Source: Tubiluchus corallicola (Eukaryota > Animalia > Priapulida). Taken from it: 64,000 nt of DNA. Below the pieces are notes generated by a model. It made no database searches. It was not told the origin of the DNA and worked only from the letters and a program-made list of their open reading frames with translations. Location: contig JAQGDQ010000772.1 of NCBI GenBank assembly GCA_030141605.1, forward strand, positions 1-64,000. Reading direction: 5' to 3'. The position numbers and the translations under genes were made by a program. How positions within the stretch are numbered: the stretch's first letter is position 1; each line of letters opens with the position of its first letter. Positions 1-13,019 of this stretch are shown piece by piece.

Positions 1-999
1 AGGAGAAAAAAGAAATGCACATTTCGAAAATTAAAAAGTGCGGCATGAGTGAGTTGAAGACTCTACAGAAAACGACAAAAAAGAAACACACGAAGAAATT
101 AAATGATGCAGAGTTGCAGAAAATATGATAAATGTAGATTAGATTTCAGTGGTGTTAACGAAGTAATAATAGTTATTATGATATAAGGTACAGCAGAATT
201 CAAGATGCTACTTGCCTGCTGCGCTAGGCTCTAGTCACATTAACAAGTAACAATACCTTTGTTGGCTTCCGTTGCATATTTTGCACGTAAAGTATAATGA
301 AATTTATACCTTCCGCTTCTGTTTTCTCTTGTGATCAGAAAACGTTTTTGCCGCGCGACGAAAGCGGCAGCCGTACAAGTGGGAACGCCTTCGGAACATG
401 CAAAGCTTCAGAAAAGAGGCTTTTGCGTTTTCTAGAAAACTAACGCGGCAAATCGAATTACACTTCACACAATTATTTACAGGAGGTCGCCACTTCGCCT
501 TGTTTTACCTCTAACATTTCACGACAATCATGAACAAGTGTGAAAAACTCTATAACTGGCTTTTCAGCACTAATTTGATCAGGTTCAAGACACGGGAAAG
601 AAATGAGGTGTAAATTGACTTACTGCCTGCGCATGGTTTCTTATGCTCTAGTCTGTGAAAACAAATGCTGGGCCTCAAAGTTTTATTTAAGAACATATAA
701 ACCGTGTCGCTTGAGAACAAACAGGCTCTTATTATTACAAAAACCGCTAGGAAAATGATTTACATGATCTATCACATAGTAACTTTCCACCTCACAAAAT
801 AATAAAATTACAAAGCTCTGCATCATACAGTTGATGCTACAAGTTGACACAAGTAAAATCATTTTTTCTATTTTTTAGATTAACAAACCATGTCTGATCC
901 TTTGCAGGGGTGTTCGGGATCGGAGATGTCACAATACCGACCCCCGAACCCCGATCACGAACTAATTCTCAAGTGAACGCTCTTCCTGGACCCAGTTTT

Positions 1000-2400
1000 C
1001 GAACATTCAGTCCCATCACGAACCCCGTTCCCGAATATTCAGTCCCATTACGAACCCTGTTCTCGAACATTCAGTCCCATCACGAACCCCGTTCCCGAAC
1101 ATACAGTCCCATCAAGAACCCCGTTCCCGAACATTCAGTCCCATCACGAATCCCGTTCCAGAACATTCAGTCCCATCACGAACCCCGTTCCCGAATATTC
1201 AGTCCCATCACGAACCCCGTTCCCGAACATTCAGTCCCACCACGAACCCTGTTCGCGAACATTCAGTCCCACCACGAACCCCGTTCCCGAATATTCAGTC
1301 CCATTACGAACCCTGTTCTCGAACATTCAGTCCCATCACGAACCCCGTTCCCGAACATACAGTCCCATCAAGAACCCCGTTCCCGAACATTCAGTCCCAT
1401 CAAGAACCCCGTTCCCGAATATTCAGTCCCATTACGAACCCTGTTCCCGAACATACAGTCCCATCAAGAACCCTGTTCTCGAACATTCAGTCCCATCACG
1501 AACCCCGTTCCCGAACATACAGTCCCATCAAGAACCCCGTTCCCGAACATTCAGTCCCATCAAGAACCCCGTTCCCGAATATTCAGTCCCATTACGAACC
1601 CTGTTCCCGAACATACAGTCCCATCAAGAACCCCGTTCCCGAACATTCAGTCCCATCACGAACCCCGTTCCCGAATATTCAGTCCCATTACGAACCCTGT
1701 TCTCGAACATTCAGTCCCATCACGAACCCCGTTCCCGAATATTCAGTCCCATTACGAACCCTGTTCTCGAACATTCAGTCCCATCAAGAACCCCGTTCCC
1801 GAACATTCAGTCCCATCACGAACCCCGTTCCCGAATATTCAGTCCCATTACGAACCCTGTTCTCGAACATTCAGTCCCATCACGAACCCCGTTCCCGAAC
1901 ATACAGTCCCATCAAGAACCCCGTTCCCGAACATTCAGTCCCATCACGAATCCCGTTCCAGAACATTCAGTCCCATCACGAACCCCGTTCCCAAATATTC
2001 AGTCCCATCACGAACCCCGTTCCCGAACATTCAGTCCCACCACGAACCCTGTTCGCGAACATTCAGTCCCACCACGAACCCCGTTCCCGAACATTCAGTC
2101 CCATCACGAATCCCGTTCCAGAACATTCAGTCCCATCACGAACCCCGTTCCCGAACATTCAGTCCCATCACGAACCCCGTTCCCGAACATTCAGTCCCAC
2201 CACGAACCCCGTTCCCGAACATTCAGTCCCACCACGAATCCCGTTCCCGAACATTCAGTCCCATCACGAACCCCGTTCCCGAACATTCAGTCCCATCACG
2301 AACCCCGTTCCCGAACATTCAGTTCCATCACGAACCCCGTTCCCGAACATTCAGTGCCATCACGAACCCCGTTCCCGAACATTCAGTCCCATCACGAATC
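1000..2400. repeat. Tandem array, 32-bp unit, about 44 copies
   Basis: Unit gaacattcagtcccatcacgaaccccgttccc; explains ORF 910..2451. Confidence 0.97.
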
Positions 2401-2918
2401 TCGTTTAATGCATCTCTCGTCTTCTCCCGACCCCGAAGCTTAAGTTTATAACATTTAAAAAACAACGTTTACTTCGGGTTTTTGACGCATGGCAAGAAAA
2501 ATGAGTCACTTCCAAATTATTCATCACTGAAATTTCATGATAACATTTTGTAAGATTTTTTTAACCGTAACTGCATCGCGTGACTCCTTTCGGTGCAAAT
2601 ATAAGCAAATAACACCGAATAAAGTAATAACACGCAAAGCTTAACGTCCATGTACAAGATCTATACTGCTATCTAACGATAACATGACTAGTATGGAGAA
2701 AAGCTTGGCACTTGGCTTTACAAACTGCCATAACAAATCATTCACGCAAACTTCATGAAGAAGACCATGTCGCGAGTTTACCAATACAGTTCAATTAATG
2801 GGGGATTACTGATAAGAAACTAGACCACACATGACTGAACAAAATACACCACTTAACGGACAAAATTCCTCCATAAATTACTGAGCCGGGTTTTCTTATA
2901 AAGAAGAATCTATCACAT

Positions 2919-3487
2919 GTTAAGAAGGCAGGAATCACATTTCGGGAAACCAGAAACAACATCTCTCGTCTACGACTATGATGAGCATGCTAGTTAAGAA
3001 GCTAGGCAGAGATCACATTTCGGGAAACCAGAAACAACATCTCTCGTCTACGACTATGATGAGCATGCTAGTTAAGAAGCTAGGCAGAAATCACATTTCG
3101 GGAAACCAGAAACAACATCTCTCGTCTACGACTATGATGAGCATGCTAGTCAAGAAGCTAGGCAGAAATTACATTTCGGGAAACCAGAAACAACATCTCT
3201 CGTCTACGACTATGATGAGCATGCTAGCTAAGAAGCTAGGCAGAAATCACATTTCGGGAAACCAGAAACAACATCTCTCGTCTACGACTATGATGAGCAT
3301 GCTAGTTAAGAAGCTAGGCAGAAATTACATTTCGGAGAACAAGAAACGTTGAGCATGCTACTTAACAAGCTAGGCAAAAATCACATTTCCCGAAACAAGC
3401 AACATCATCTCTCGTCTAAGACTATGAAGAGCATGCTACTTAAGAAGCTAGGCAGAAATTACATTTCCGGAAACAAGAAACATCATC
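2919..3487. repeat. Tandem array, 78-bp unit, about 7 copies (last ones degenerate)
   Basis: Unit gttaagaagctaggcagaaatcacatttcggg...gagcatgcta; explains the 26-aa repeat ORF 2978..3352. Confidence 0.95.
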
Positions 3488-4493
3488 TGCGATCACTCTA
3501 TTAAACACGCAACAAGTTGATTAATTTTAAGGTAGGGTCACATGAAATCAAATTACACCTTGCAGTAAACTGCAGTCGCCACCACATATCTTAACAAAAT
3601 GGATCATTTCTAAAACTTTATGTCCCCCAAAAGTTTGCTCCAGACTGAGATGTGATAAGCGTGACAGCTGCAGAAATGTGACAAATCAGACAATTATTGT
3701 CAAGCACACAAATTCTCAAAATCCTACAAATTCTCAAAATCCTATCAAGTACAAAAGTAAACTAGAGGAACACGAAATATATCTAAATGGTTCAAAAGCA
3801 GAACAACTCAAGCAACGTAAGTTTAGCAGTGATTTAATAAATGACACTGAAGACAAAGATGCATATACTACGTTAATCAAGTAACTTTAGTACGGCCAAG
3901 ACCCAACTGGTACAGCCATCCAATGAGATCGACATAGTGGAAACTACTGCTAAAACTTATTTTCTGAATTGACACGGATTGTAATTCTCACTTAAAATTA
4001 TATTGAATTTCTGCTAAAAACATAGCCACCATCATACAGAGTAACAAAATTATGAATTTTAAGCCCAAAGGTTATTTTAACTAAAAATGTATTTTTCCAT
4101 TGATATGATTGCAATTTTCACTTTTCAGAAAATCGATATCCGTACAGAATGCCGCATTGTATTTACACAGATTACAATTTACAATTAAAAAACCGCCTGA
4201 TTAGCTTCAGCGATTTTAATCAATTCAATTAGTTTACATTGTTCACTTATAAATGCATTCCTCGCCATGCACCTGATAACTTGCCAGTGTGCCTATCGAT
4301 TGGATGTTTCTGGTGGTCATTGATCACCTGCTAGCCGTAGGCAGTTTGCAGTGCTACTGAGTTGTGTGAATCTTCAAAAAAAATTGTAAATATACAAATT
4401 AGCAACCGAATAGAACCGAATGTATCAAGTTCTTGGATTAATCCGGAACTGAGAAAAAGTGGCAACAAACGGAACCGAAAATTCTGTAGAACT

Positions 4494-6142
4494 CTACTAC
4501 TCTTCTACTTTAACAGTTTTTAATTCAGTAGAAATGAGTATTGAGCATATGCACTACTACACTTCTACTTTAACAGGTTTTTAATTCAGTAGAAATGAGT
4601 ATTGAGCATATGCACTACTACATTTCTACTTTAACAGGTTTTTAATTCAGTAGAAATGCCTATTGAGCATATGCACTACTACACTTCTACTTTAACAGGT
4701 TTTTAATTCAGTAGAAATGAGTATTGAGCATATGCACTACTACACTTCTACTTTAACAGGTTTTTAATTCAGTAGAAATGCCTATTGAGCATATGCACTA
4801 CTACACTTCTACTTTAACAGGTTTTTAATTCAGTAGAAATGAGTATTGAGCATATGCACTACTACACTTCTACTTTAACAGGTTTTTAATTCAGTAGAAA
4901 TGCCTATTGAGCATATGCACTACTACACTTCTACTTTAACAGGTTTTTAATTCAGTAGAAATGAGTATTGAGCATATGCACTACTACACTTCTACTTTAA
5001 CAGGTTTTTAATTCAGTAGAAATGCGTATTGAGCATATGCACTACTACACTTCTACTTTAACAGGTTTTTAATTCAGTAGAAATGAGTATTGAGCATATG
5101 CACTACTACACTTCTACTTTAACAGGTTTTTAATTCAGTAGAAATGCGTATTGAGCATATGCACTACTACACTTCTACTTTAACAGGTTTTTAATTCAGT
5201 AGAAATGAGTATTGAGCATATGCACTACTACACTTCTACTTTAACAGGTTTTTAATTCAGTAGAAATGCGTATTGAGCACATGCACTACTACTCTTCTAC
5301 ATTAACAGGTTTTTAATTCAGTAGAAATGAGTATTGAGCATATGCACTACTACACTTCTACTTTAACAGGTTTTTAATTCAGTAGAAATGAGTATTGAGC
5401 ACATGCACTACTACTCTTCTACATTAACAGGTTTTTAATTCAGTAGAAATGAGTATTGAGCACATGCACTACTACTCTTCTACTTTAACAGGTTTTTAAT
5501 TCAGTAGAAATGAGTATTGAGCACATGCACTACTACTCTTCTACTTTAACAGGTTTTTAATTCAGTAGAAATGAGTATTGAGCATATGCACTACTACACT
5601 TCTACTTTAACAGGTTTTTAATTCAGTAGAAATGAGTATTGAGCACATGCACTACTACTCTTCTACTTAAACAGGTTTTTAATTCAGTAGAAATGAGTAT
5701 TGAGCACATGCACTACTACTCTTCTACATTAACAGGTTTTTAATTCAGTAGAAATGAGTATTGAGCACATGCACTACTACTCTTCTACTTTAACAGGTTT
5801 TTAATTCAGTAGAAATGAGTATTGAGCACATGCACTACTACACTTCTACATTAACAGGTTTTTAATTCAGTAGAAATGAGTATTGAGCATATGCACTACT
5901 ACACTTCTACTTTAACAGGTTTTTAATTCAGTAGAAATGAGTATTGAGCACATGCACTACTACTCTTCTACTTAAACAGGTTTTTAATTCAGTAGAAATG
6001 AGTATTGAGCACATGCACTACTACACTTCTACATTAACAGGTTTTTAATTCAGTAGAAATGAGTATTGAGCACATGCACTACTACACTTCTACATTAACA
6101 GGTTTTTAATTCAGGAGAAATGAGTATTGAGCACATGCACTA
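4494..6142. repeat. Tandem array, 61-bp unit, about 27 copies
   Basis: Unit ctactacacttctactttaacaggtttttaattcagtagaaatgagtattgagcatatgca. Confidence 0.97.
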
Positions 6143-6572
6143 GCAACGCATACCATACAACAAGTAAAACAGCAAAAAGCAAACGCCAGAAAAAAGGAAC
6201 TTTCATTAAAAAAATGATGAAGAATCACATTTCTAGAGATCCCATTCGGAGGTATAACCTTAACCTTTGCTGCAATGTCTGTGTGTTCATGGCAGACATT
6301 AAAGAGTAAATGATGGTGATCAATTATTAAGCCCCCGCTATTTCTGTAATCCCGCTAGCGAAACTCGCAAGATGCTTGGGAAGAATCCGATCGATAGAGA
6401 GGTACTGAAATAGTCAGGTAACATCAGATCAACGACAAACAACTTACAAGATGCTTTATTGTCAGTAGGATGCCACAGAATAAATATTAATAAATGCCCC
6501 TGACTTGAAATACAAGATAGCTCTCCTGAGACTGGTCATCATTAAAAGGTGATGCCTCTTATAGTCTCAAAG

Positions 6573-6679
6573 ATTATAATATTTATACAGTAGCTTTCGC
6601 GAGACTCTCAAGTTACCAGCAATTTCTATTCGGCTGATGAGGCCCGCTAGGGCAAAAGCTACTTAACAAATATTATAAT
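6573..6679 (+). ncRNA. Degenerate hammerhead-ribozyme-like motif inside an inverted repeat (possible Penelope-like element remnant)
   Basis: CTGATGA (6634-6640), stem gccc-gcta-gggc, then AAAA in place of GAAA; flanked by about 25-bp inverted arms attataatattt..agtagcttt / aaagctact..aaatattataat. Confidence 0.4.
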
Positions 6680-6919
6680 GAAGGGCATGAAGGGCAATGA
6701 AGAGACTATGAAGGGCATTGCATTTTTCACTGTTAATAAACACACGTGTACATACTTGCTTTAGCATCAACACGACGACTAAAAATGTTTGGGGAATCGC
6801 AATAGCCTATAACTAAGCAATAAAACGTCTGAGAATTACTTCACTGTTGCTGCGAGTGTTACTAAGTTTATGACTAATCATCTCTTCTTTTCGCGCACTG
6901 TCGCACGTCAATGGGCTAG

Positions 6920-7205
6920 AAGAGAACCGAGGAATTGGCAAAAGAACAGAAAGTGAAAAAACTATGTCCAAAAAGCCACTGGGCTAAGAAATATAAAGTG
7001 GCTTGCATGTTATCCATTTGTACCACAATACTTATAACCCGATAAATATTGCAAGGACCATAGTTTTAGAGAAGAACCGAGGAATTAGCAAAGGAAGAGA
7101 AGGTGAGAAACCTGTGAATGAAAAGCCACTGGGCTAAGAAATATAACGTGGCTTCCATGTTATTCATTTGTACCGCAATACTTATAACACCATAAATATT
7201 GCAAC
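6920..7205. repeat. Diverged direct duplication, about 150 bp x2
   Basis: agaaccgaggaatt...aaaagccactgggctaagaaatataa...taaatattgcaa occurs twice. Confidence 0.85.
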
Positions 7206-7679
7206 ACATACAGGACAATAGTTAGTCTTCCCACAAGGAAGGCTGAGATTTGCTCCAATAAAATGACACATTTGTTAACATTAATTTGATAAAATGTGTT
7301 TACTCCAAACTCCATTGAGCAAAATCACTGACAATGATATCCGCTACGTCAACAAAACATTCAGGTCACCGTTCATGAAGGCCAAATGGAGCATTTACAG
7401 CAGAGTCAATACATTAAGTGCAGAAATGATGAGATGCAAAGTAATTGCATTCATAATGTGCATATGAAAACCACCCAGAGGACAATGCATTGATGGTCTT
7501 ACACGCAGAACCAAACGACTTCTTCAGCACACAGGCTGAAAGATGAAAATAACAGCACAACATGGACCAGTAACTGCAACTGCAATTGATTAAATATAAA
7601 TAGAAGCTAGTAATTATATATATATATATATTGACCATTTTGAACGCCAGAATTAATTACTAGCTTCTATTTATATACG

Positions 7680-8110
7680 TATAATCTTTATTTGCCATAA
7701 AAAATCGATATTCATAACTATAAACGCATAAAAGAACATCGCAGCATGAGAATAAAATTCACACAACTGTTAAAGGCAACTGCGTCCAGTACAAACTAAA
7801 AACTACTGTGCCAAAAATTTAAAACAAAAATATACATTATAATATTACGCGGAAATTATAATAGACTATATACAATATATACATATAATATAAAATGGAC
7901 GTGGGTAAATAAAATTTGCGGATGAATATATATTATCGTTTACGTATGTAGGGTTTTCAAAACGATTTAATGTACATATTTTTAATTTTGATTTGAATTC
8001 GTCGAAAGACTTGATTTGTTTTAAATTTGATAAATGTAAATATGGAACTATGTGTACGGTATAAATATATTGTTCAACTGCGGAAGACATCTAATGTTAT
8101 GGTTACAATA
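7680..8110 (-). mobile_element. 3' fragment of a LINE (same family as 32110-32610)
   Basis: ORF end KQIKSFDEFKSKLK...NFIYPRP matches KQIKSLSAFKTKLK...EFIYPRP at 32071..32388; both end in atggcaaataaagatta. Confidence 0.75.
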
Positions 8111-9063
8111 TTAGTATTAGTGTCTAACTTTGTAAAACGTCCACTGACTGGTAAGACACTTGCTGTCAAAATTCACTACTGACTAGCTGCTTATTTCTTT
8201 ACAAACTTGCGCGTTTCGCCTTGGTTGGCGTTGAAACACTTCAAATTTAGCGCCGCACAAAAATCGGGGAAGAAAGCGGGAAGTGACGTCCCGTGAGGAA
8301 CGACACTGCGCATGTGTGACTTTTAGTGTATTTATATATGTGGGCAAATTCAAGCGGAACGCCGGCAATGGAGAGACCGGGGTACTCGCATTTTGGTATT
8401 ACAGTGTTAAGCTCAAATCATAGGTTTGTCCACACTTACTTGAATGCACTATATCTTATAGATGAAATATAGCGGTAATATTTGCTGCAGGGCCAACGGT
8501 GCACAATTTAAGTAACAATATCACATAAAAGTATGCATCAGAACTGTCTTGAAAGTTAAGAAATATGCAATTCCGCCTACACTATAAAAAATAACATAAA
8601 AAATAGTGTCATAGGATCTTAGAATCTTTGATAATAAATACATTAAGCTGTTTTTGCTTTTTATTACATCAAAAGGAAAACCTGAAAAAAGTACAAAACA
8701 CAACACGCATAAAATAAATCGGGACAGTGTAAAAAGAGATTCAATCGCACTACGAGGTTTCAACGAACAACGTATAGAAAGTAATCTACAAGTAAGAGAA
8801 AAGAGATATAAGTAAAAATAAGCCAGATGATCACTAGTCTTTGCGTAATGCGCAACAAATGTGCCTGTTAAGCAAAAAACGAAAAATGTCAGACGCCGAG
8901 GGAGCATGAGGAAAAGACGAAAACAAATTCAAATGTGACAATAAACATAAGTTAATTACACAGGGAAATCGTTGTTACATCACAGACTCATAGCGCCGTA
9001 GTTAAAACGTATAGTCTAGCACCATTATAAACATAAGTTAATTATACAGGGAAATCGTTGTTA

Positions 9064-9700
9064 CAGTCATTTGCAGAAGTTTAAGACCAAGCTCAAATTT
9101 TCGGGATTTTCACCATACTGTACCCTGATTGCATCAGATCTTTGTTGACTGCATCATACTGCTAGTGGTTTAAAACAGCACGTCTAGTGAATATGAGTGA
9201 CTCATTTGCCTGCCGCTACCCATACAGATCGACCGTCTTTGTATTTTTCTTGTGATCCAAAAATGGGCAAAAAGTCGTCATTGAGTGAGACTCAGGGGGT
9301 TCAAATAGTGACTTTACATCAAGAAGGATATACTGAAAGGGCGATAAGTGCTAGATTACGGTTTTCCAAGACAGCCGTGCACCAAGCTATTGTCAAATGT
9401 GAGACTGATGGCACTTACAGTGATAGGAAACGGTCTGGACGTCCGCGGAAGACTACCCAAAGAGACGACCACATCATGAGACGCATGGTGGTACGCTCAG
9501 GACGTCCGCGGAAGACTACCCAAAGAGACGACCACGTCATGAGACGCATGGCGGTACGCTCGCCTATGAGCTCCTACAAGAAGATTCAGGCTCAGATGCG
9601 CTTGACAGGCTTGGAATTGAGTACCAGTACAGTTTCTAGGCGTTTGAGCAAGAAGTTTGGCCTTAAATCCAGAAAGACGGCCCGTAATCCACGCCTAACT
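9064..9700 (+). mobile_element. 5' part of a Tc1-family DNA transposon: left end plus transposase DNA-binding region from ATG 9263, no DDE domain
   Basis: TA|CAGTCATTTGCAGAAG terminus; paired-like HTH followed by the SGRPRKTT AT-hook; 60-bp internal duplication; truncated by the 55-bp array. Confidence 0.9.
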
Positions 9701-11510
9701 GGTACATGATCTGTCATTCAGCCATCACCATGTGACCATTGCAAGAAATCTAACTGGTACATGATCTGTCATTCAGCCATCTTCATGTGACCATTGCAAG
9801 AAATCTAACTGGTACATGATCTGTCATTCAGCCATCTTCATGTGACCATTGCAAGAAAGCTAACTGGTATATGATCTATCATTTAGCCATCTTCATGTTA
9901 CCATTGCAAGAAATCTAACTAGTACATGATCTGTCATTCAGCCATTACCATGTGACCATTGCAAGAAAGCTAACTGGTACATGATCTGTCATTCAGCCAT
10001 CACCATGTGACCATTGCAAGAAATCTAACTGGTACATGATCTGTCATTCAGCCATCTTCATGTGACCATTGCAAGAAATCTAACTGGTACATGATCTGTC
10101 ATTCAACCATCATCATGTGACTATTGCAAGAAATCTAACTGGTACGTGATCTGTCATTCAGCCATCACCATGTGACTATTGCAAGAAATCTAATTGGTAC
10201 ATGATCTGTCATTCAGCCATCATCATGTGACTATTGCAAGAAATCTAACTGGTACATGATCTGTCATTCAGCCATCATCATGTGACTATTGCAAGAAATC
10301 TAACTGGTACATGATCTGTCATTCAGCCATCATCATGTGACCATTGCAAGAAAGCTAACTGGTACATGATCTGTCATTCAGCCATCACCATGTGACCATT
10401 GCAAGAAATCTAACTGGTACATGATCTGTCATTCAGCCATCATCATGTGACCATTGCAAGAAAGCTAACTGGTACATGATCTGTCATTCAGCCATCTTCA
10501 TGTGACCATTGCAAGAAAGCTAACTGGTACATGATCTGTCATTTAGCCATCTTCATGTGACCATTGCAAGAAATCTAACTGGTACATGATCTGTCATTCA
10601 GCCATCATCATGTGACCATTGCAAGAAAGCTAACTGGTACATGATCTGTTATTCAGCCATCACCATGTGACTAGTGCAAGAAATCTAACTGGTACATGAT
10701 CTGTCATTCAGCCATCACCATGTGACCATTGCAAGAAATCTAACTGGTACATGATCTGTCATTCAACCATCATCATGTGACCATTGCAAGAAAGCTAACT
10801 GGTACATGATCTGTCATTCCGCCATCATCATGTGACCATTGCAAGAAAGCTAACTGGTACATGGTCTGTCATTCAGCCATCACCATGTGACCTTTGCAAG
10901 AAATCTAACTGGTACATGATCTGTCATTTAGCCATCTTCATGTGACCATTGCAAGAAAGCTAACTGGTACATGATCTGTCATTCAGCCATCATCATGTGA
11001 CTATTGCAAGAAATCTAACTGGTACATGATCTGTCATTTAGCCATCTTCATGTGACCATTGCAAGAAATCTAACTGGTACATGATCTGTCATTCAACCAT
11101 CATCATGTGACTATTGCAAGAAATCTAACTAGTACGTGATCTGTCATTCAGCCATCACCATGTGACTATTGCAAGAAATCTAACTGGTACATGATCTGTC
11201 ATTCAGCCATCACCATGTGACTATTGCAAGAAAATTAACTGGTACATGATCTGTCATTCAGCCATCACCATGTGACCATTGCAAGAAAGCTAACTGGTAC
11301 GTGATCTGTCATTCAGCCATCACCATGTGACTATTGCAAGAAATCTAACTGGTACATGATTTGTCATTCAGCCATCACCATGTGACTATTGCAAGAAAAT
11401 TAACTGGTACATGATCTGTCATTCAGCCATCACCATGTGACTATTGCAAGAAAATTAACTGGTACATGATCTGTCATTTAGTCATCCCCATTGCAAGAAA
11501 ACTAATTAAC
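9696..11510. repeat. Tandem array, 55-bp unit, about 33 copies
   Basis: Unit taactggtacatgatctgtcattcagccatcaccatgtgaccattgcaagaaatc. Confidence 0.97.
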
Positions 11511-12166
11511 ACTGGGAAAAAGTTCAATTTCATCACAGGGAGCTGACAGTAATGGCGGTGGAAATAATCCCTGTATCGCCAGTCTCCGCTATTACTTTGT
11601 CTTACATTTTCAATTACGGCATTCACAGCAAGATACATGACGACTTACAGGTAATTGCCAGAGTACTGTTAATGTTGAAGTGTGTGCATTATTGTTGCTG
11701 TTACTGCAGTTGACCATCATCAAAAGCCCAGTGATCACAACACAGTTGTAGATCTTTAACAAAATGTTAACATCCGTTCACTGCAGGTTAGTAAAGCATG
11801 GCTCACTTTTACAAGCTTTCATACATAAATGCGAACTAATTTAAATTTATTTTTCAGAATGCTGAAGCCATTGCAAACATTGATTTGTAATGATGTTTTT
11901 TAAATGGCTTCAGAATTGTAGCTGTCAACATGACAAGAGAATAGGTCTCCTGAAGAGCCTAAGAAGGTCAACTTTTAACCGGACAGTCAACCAGCCTGAA
12001 TAAAATCACAAACCAGACACAGCAAATTGCCGACGTTTATCTAAAATCCTTAGAAACGTTGAAACCCTCAAATAAAGTTATCCATTTTTCATACAAAACA
12101 AAAAAAGATTGATGGAAAATTTCTGTTCTTATTATTTCTGCATTATAACTTCTAATGTGACTGACC

Positions 12167-12613
12167 CATGGATGAGAATGACAGATTGCAAAAAACTCTG
12201 AAACAGGCCGGGGGTTTGGGGGCAGCGTAGGCCATAGAGAACCTCTAAGTGGACTTAAAATATCAGTTACCTTGTTTCATGCATAATTTAAAATACCCAA
12301 CTATCAAGGATACATGATACCTAATTGTCCCAAATACGTCCCAAGTACTGGCCACACCTATGCAAGAGTATATAAAAACTGTCTGCAATTGACTCAAATA
12401 ACTCCGCACAATTGATTCTATATTTTTATACATAGAGATATACACGTGGTTACACTGATGTACGTGATGTAAACAAAGTGACGGCCTGCCAACTAGCGGT
12501 CAGCTTGTGAAATAATGTACTGGATCCGTAAAAAATTTCTCAAAGAATTTACGCGATTTACAAAAATGGCACTACTCGGAATTCCGCGTATCCACAGAAA
12601 ATTCTCATCCCTG
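12167..12613. mobile_element. hAT-type non-autonomous element (MITE)
   Basis: TIRs catggatgagaat / attctcatccctg; perfect 8-bp TSD gactgacc (12159-12166, 12614-12621); related inverted copy at about 61797-62190. Confidence 0.85.
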
Positions 12614-12764
12614 GACTGACCACATGACTAACTTTGGTTAGAGGCAAGAATTGTGTGATTGCAGTGACTAGTGAATAAGCAAGTAGTGACAATACTGTAA
12701 TATAAAGTATTTATAGGCTAAAACACATAGCTATTATGTACAGTAAATTTCTCAAAGTACTTAC

Positions 12765-12819
12765 AAATCAAAGACTAGATAATGGTACCCTTCTTCTGCT
12801 ATACTGTCGTGCAATCGAA
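12765..12819 (-). CDS. CaMKII: CaMKII coding exon 4 (VRLHDSIAEEGYHYLVFDL)
   Basis: 55-nt exon with a long polypyrimidine tract + cag acceptor and TT|gtaagt donor; continues the kinase domain in frame. Confidence 0.97.
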
Positions 12820-13019
12820 CTGAAAGAAAGAGAAAAAGTAGATTAAATCTAAAGGCTTGTGCAAACGTGATTTGTGTCTGAACGCACACAAAAACTTCAT
12901 GTCAACCGAAACTTCCTTCTGATTCACTATCGAACTAATTAGCTTGCTAAATAGTAAATATTACAACTGATTGCACAGTTCTTTTACAAGTGTTTTCTTT
13001 AAGTAAATAGTGCCAAACG

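Noticed and set aside
910-2451. 513-aa Pro/Ser-rich mucin-like ORF
   Set aside because: The 32-bp unit has no stop in any plus frame, so the ORF cycles through all three frames; non-ATG start; intronic and antisense.
1-12764. CaMKII exon 5 (VTGGELFEDIVAREFYSE)
   Set aside because: Not found by eye; presumably lies left of the window.
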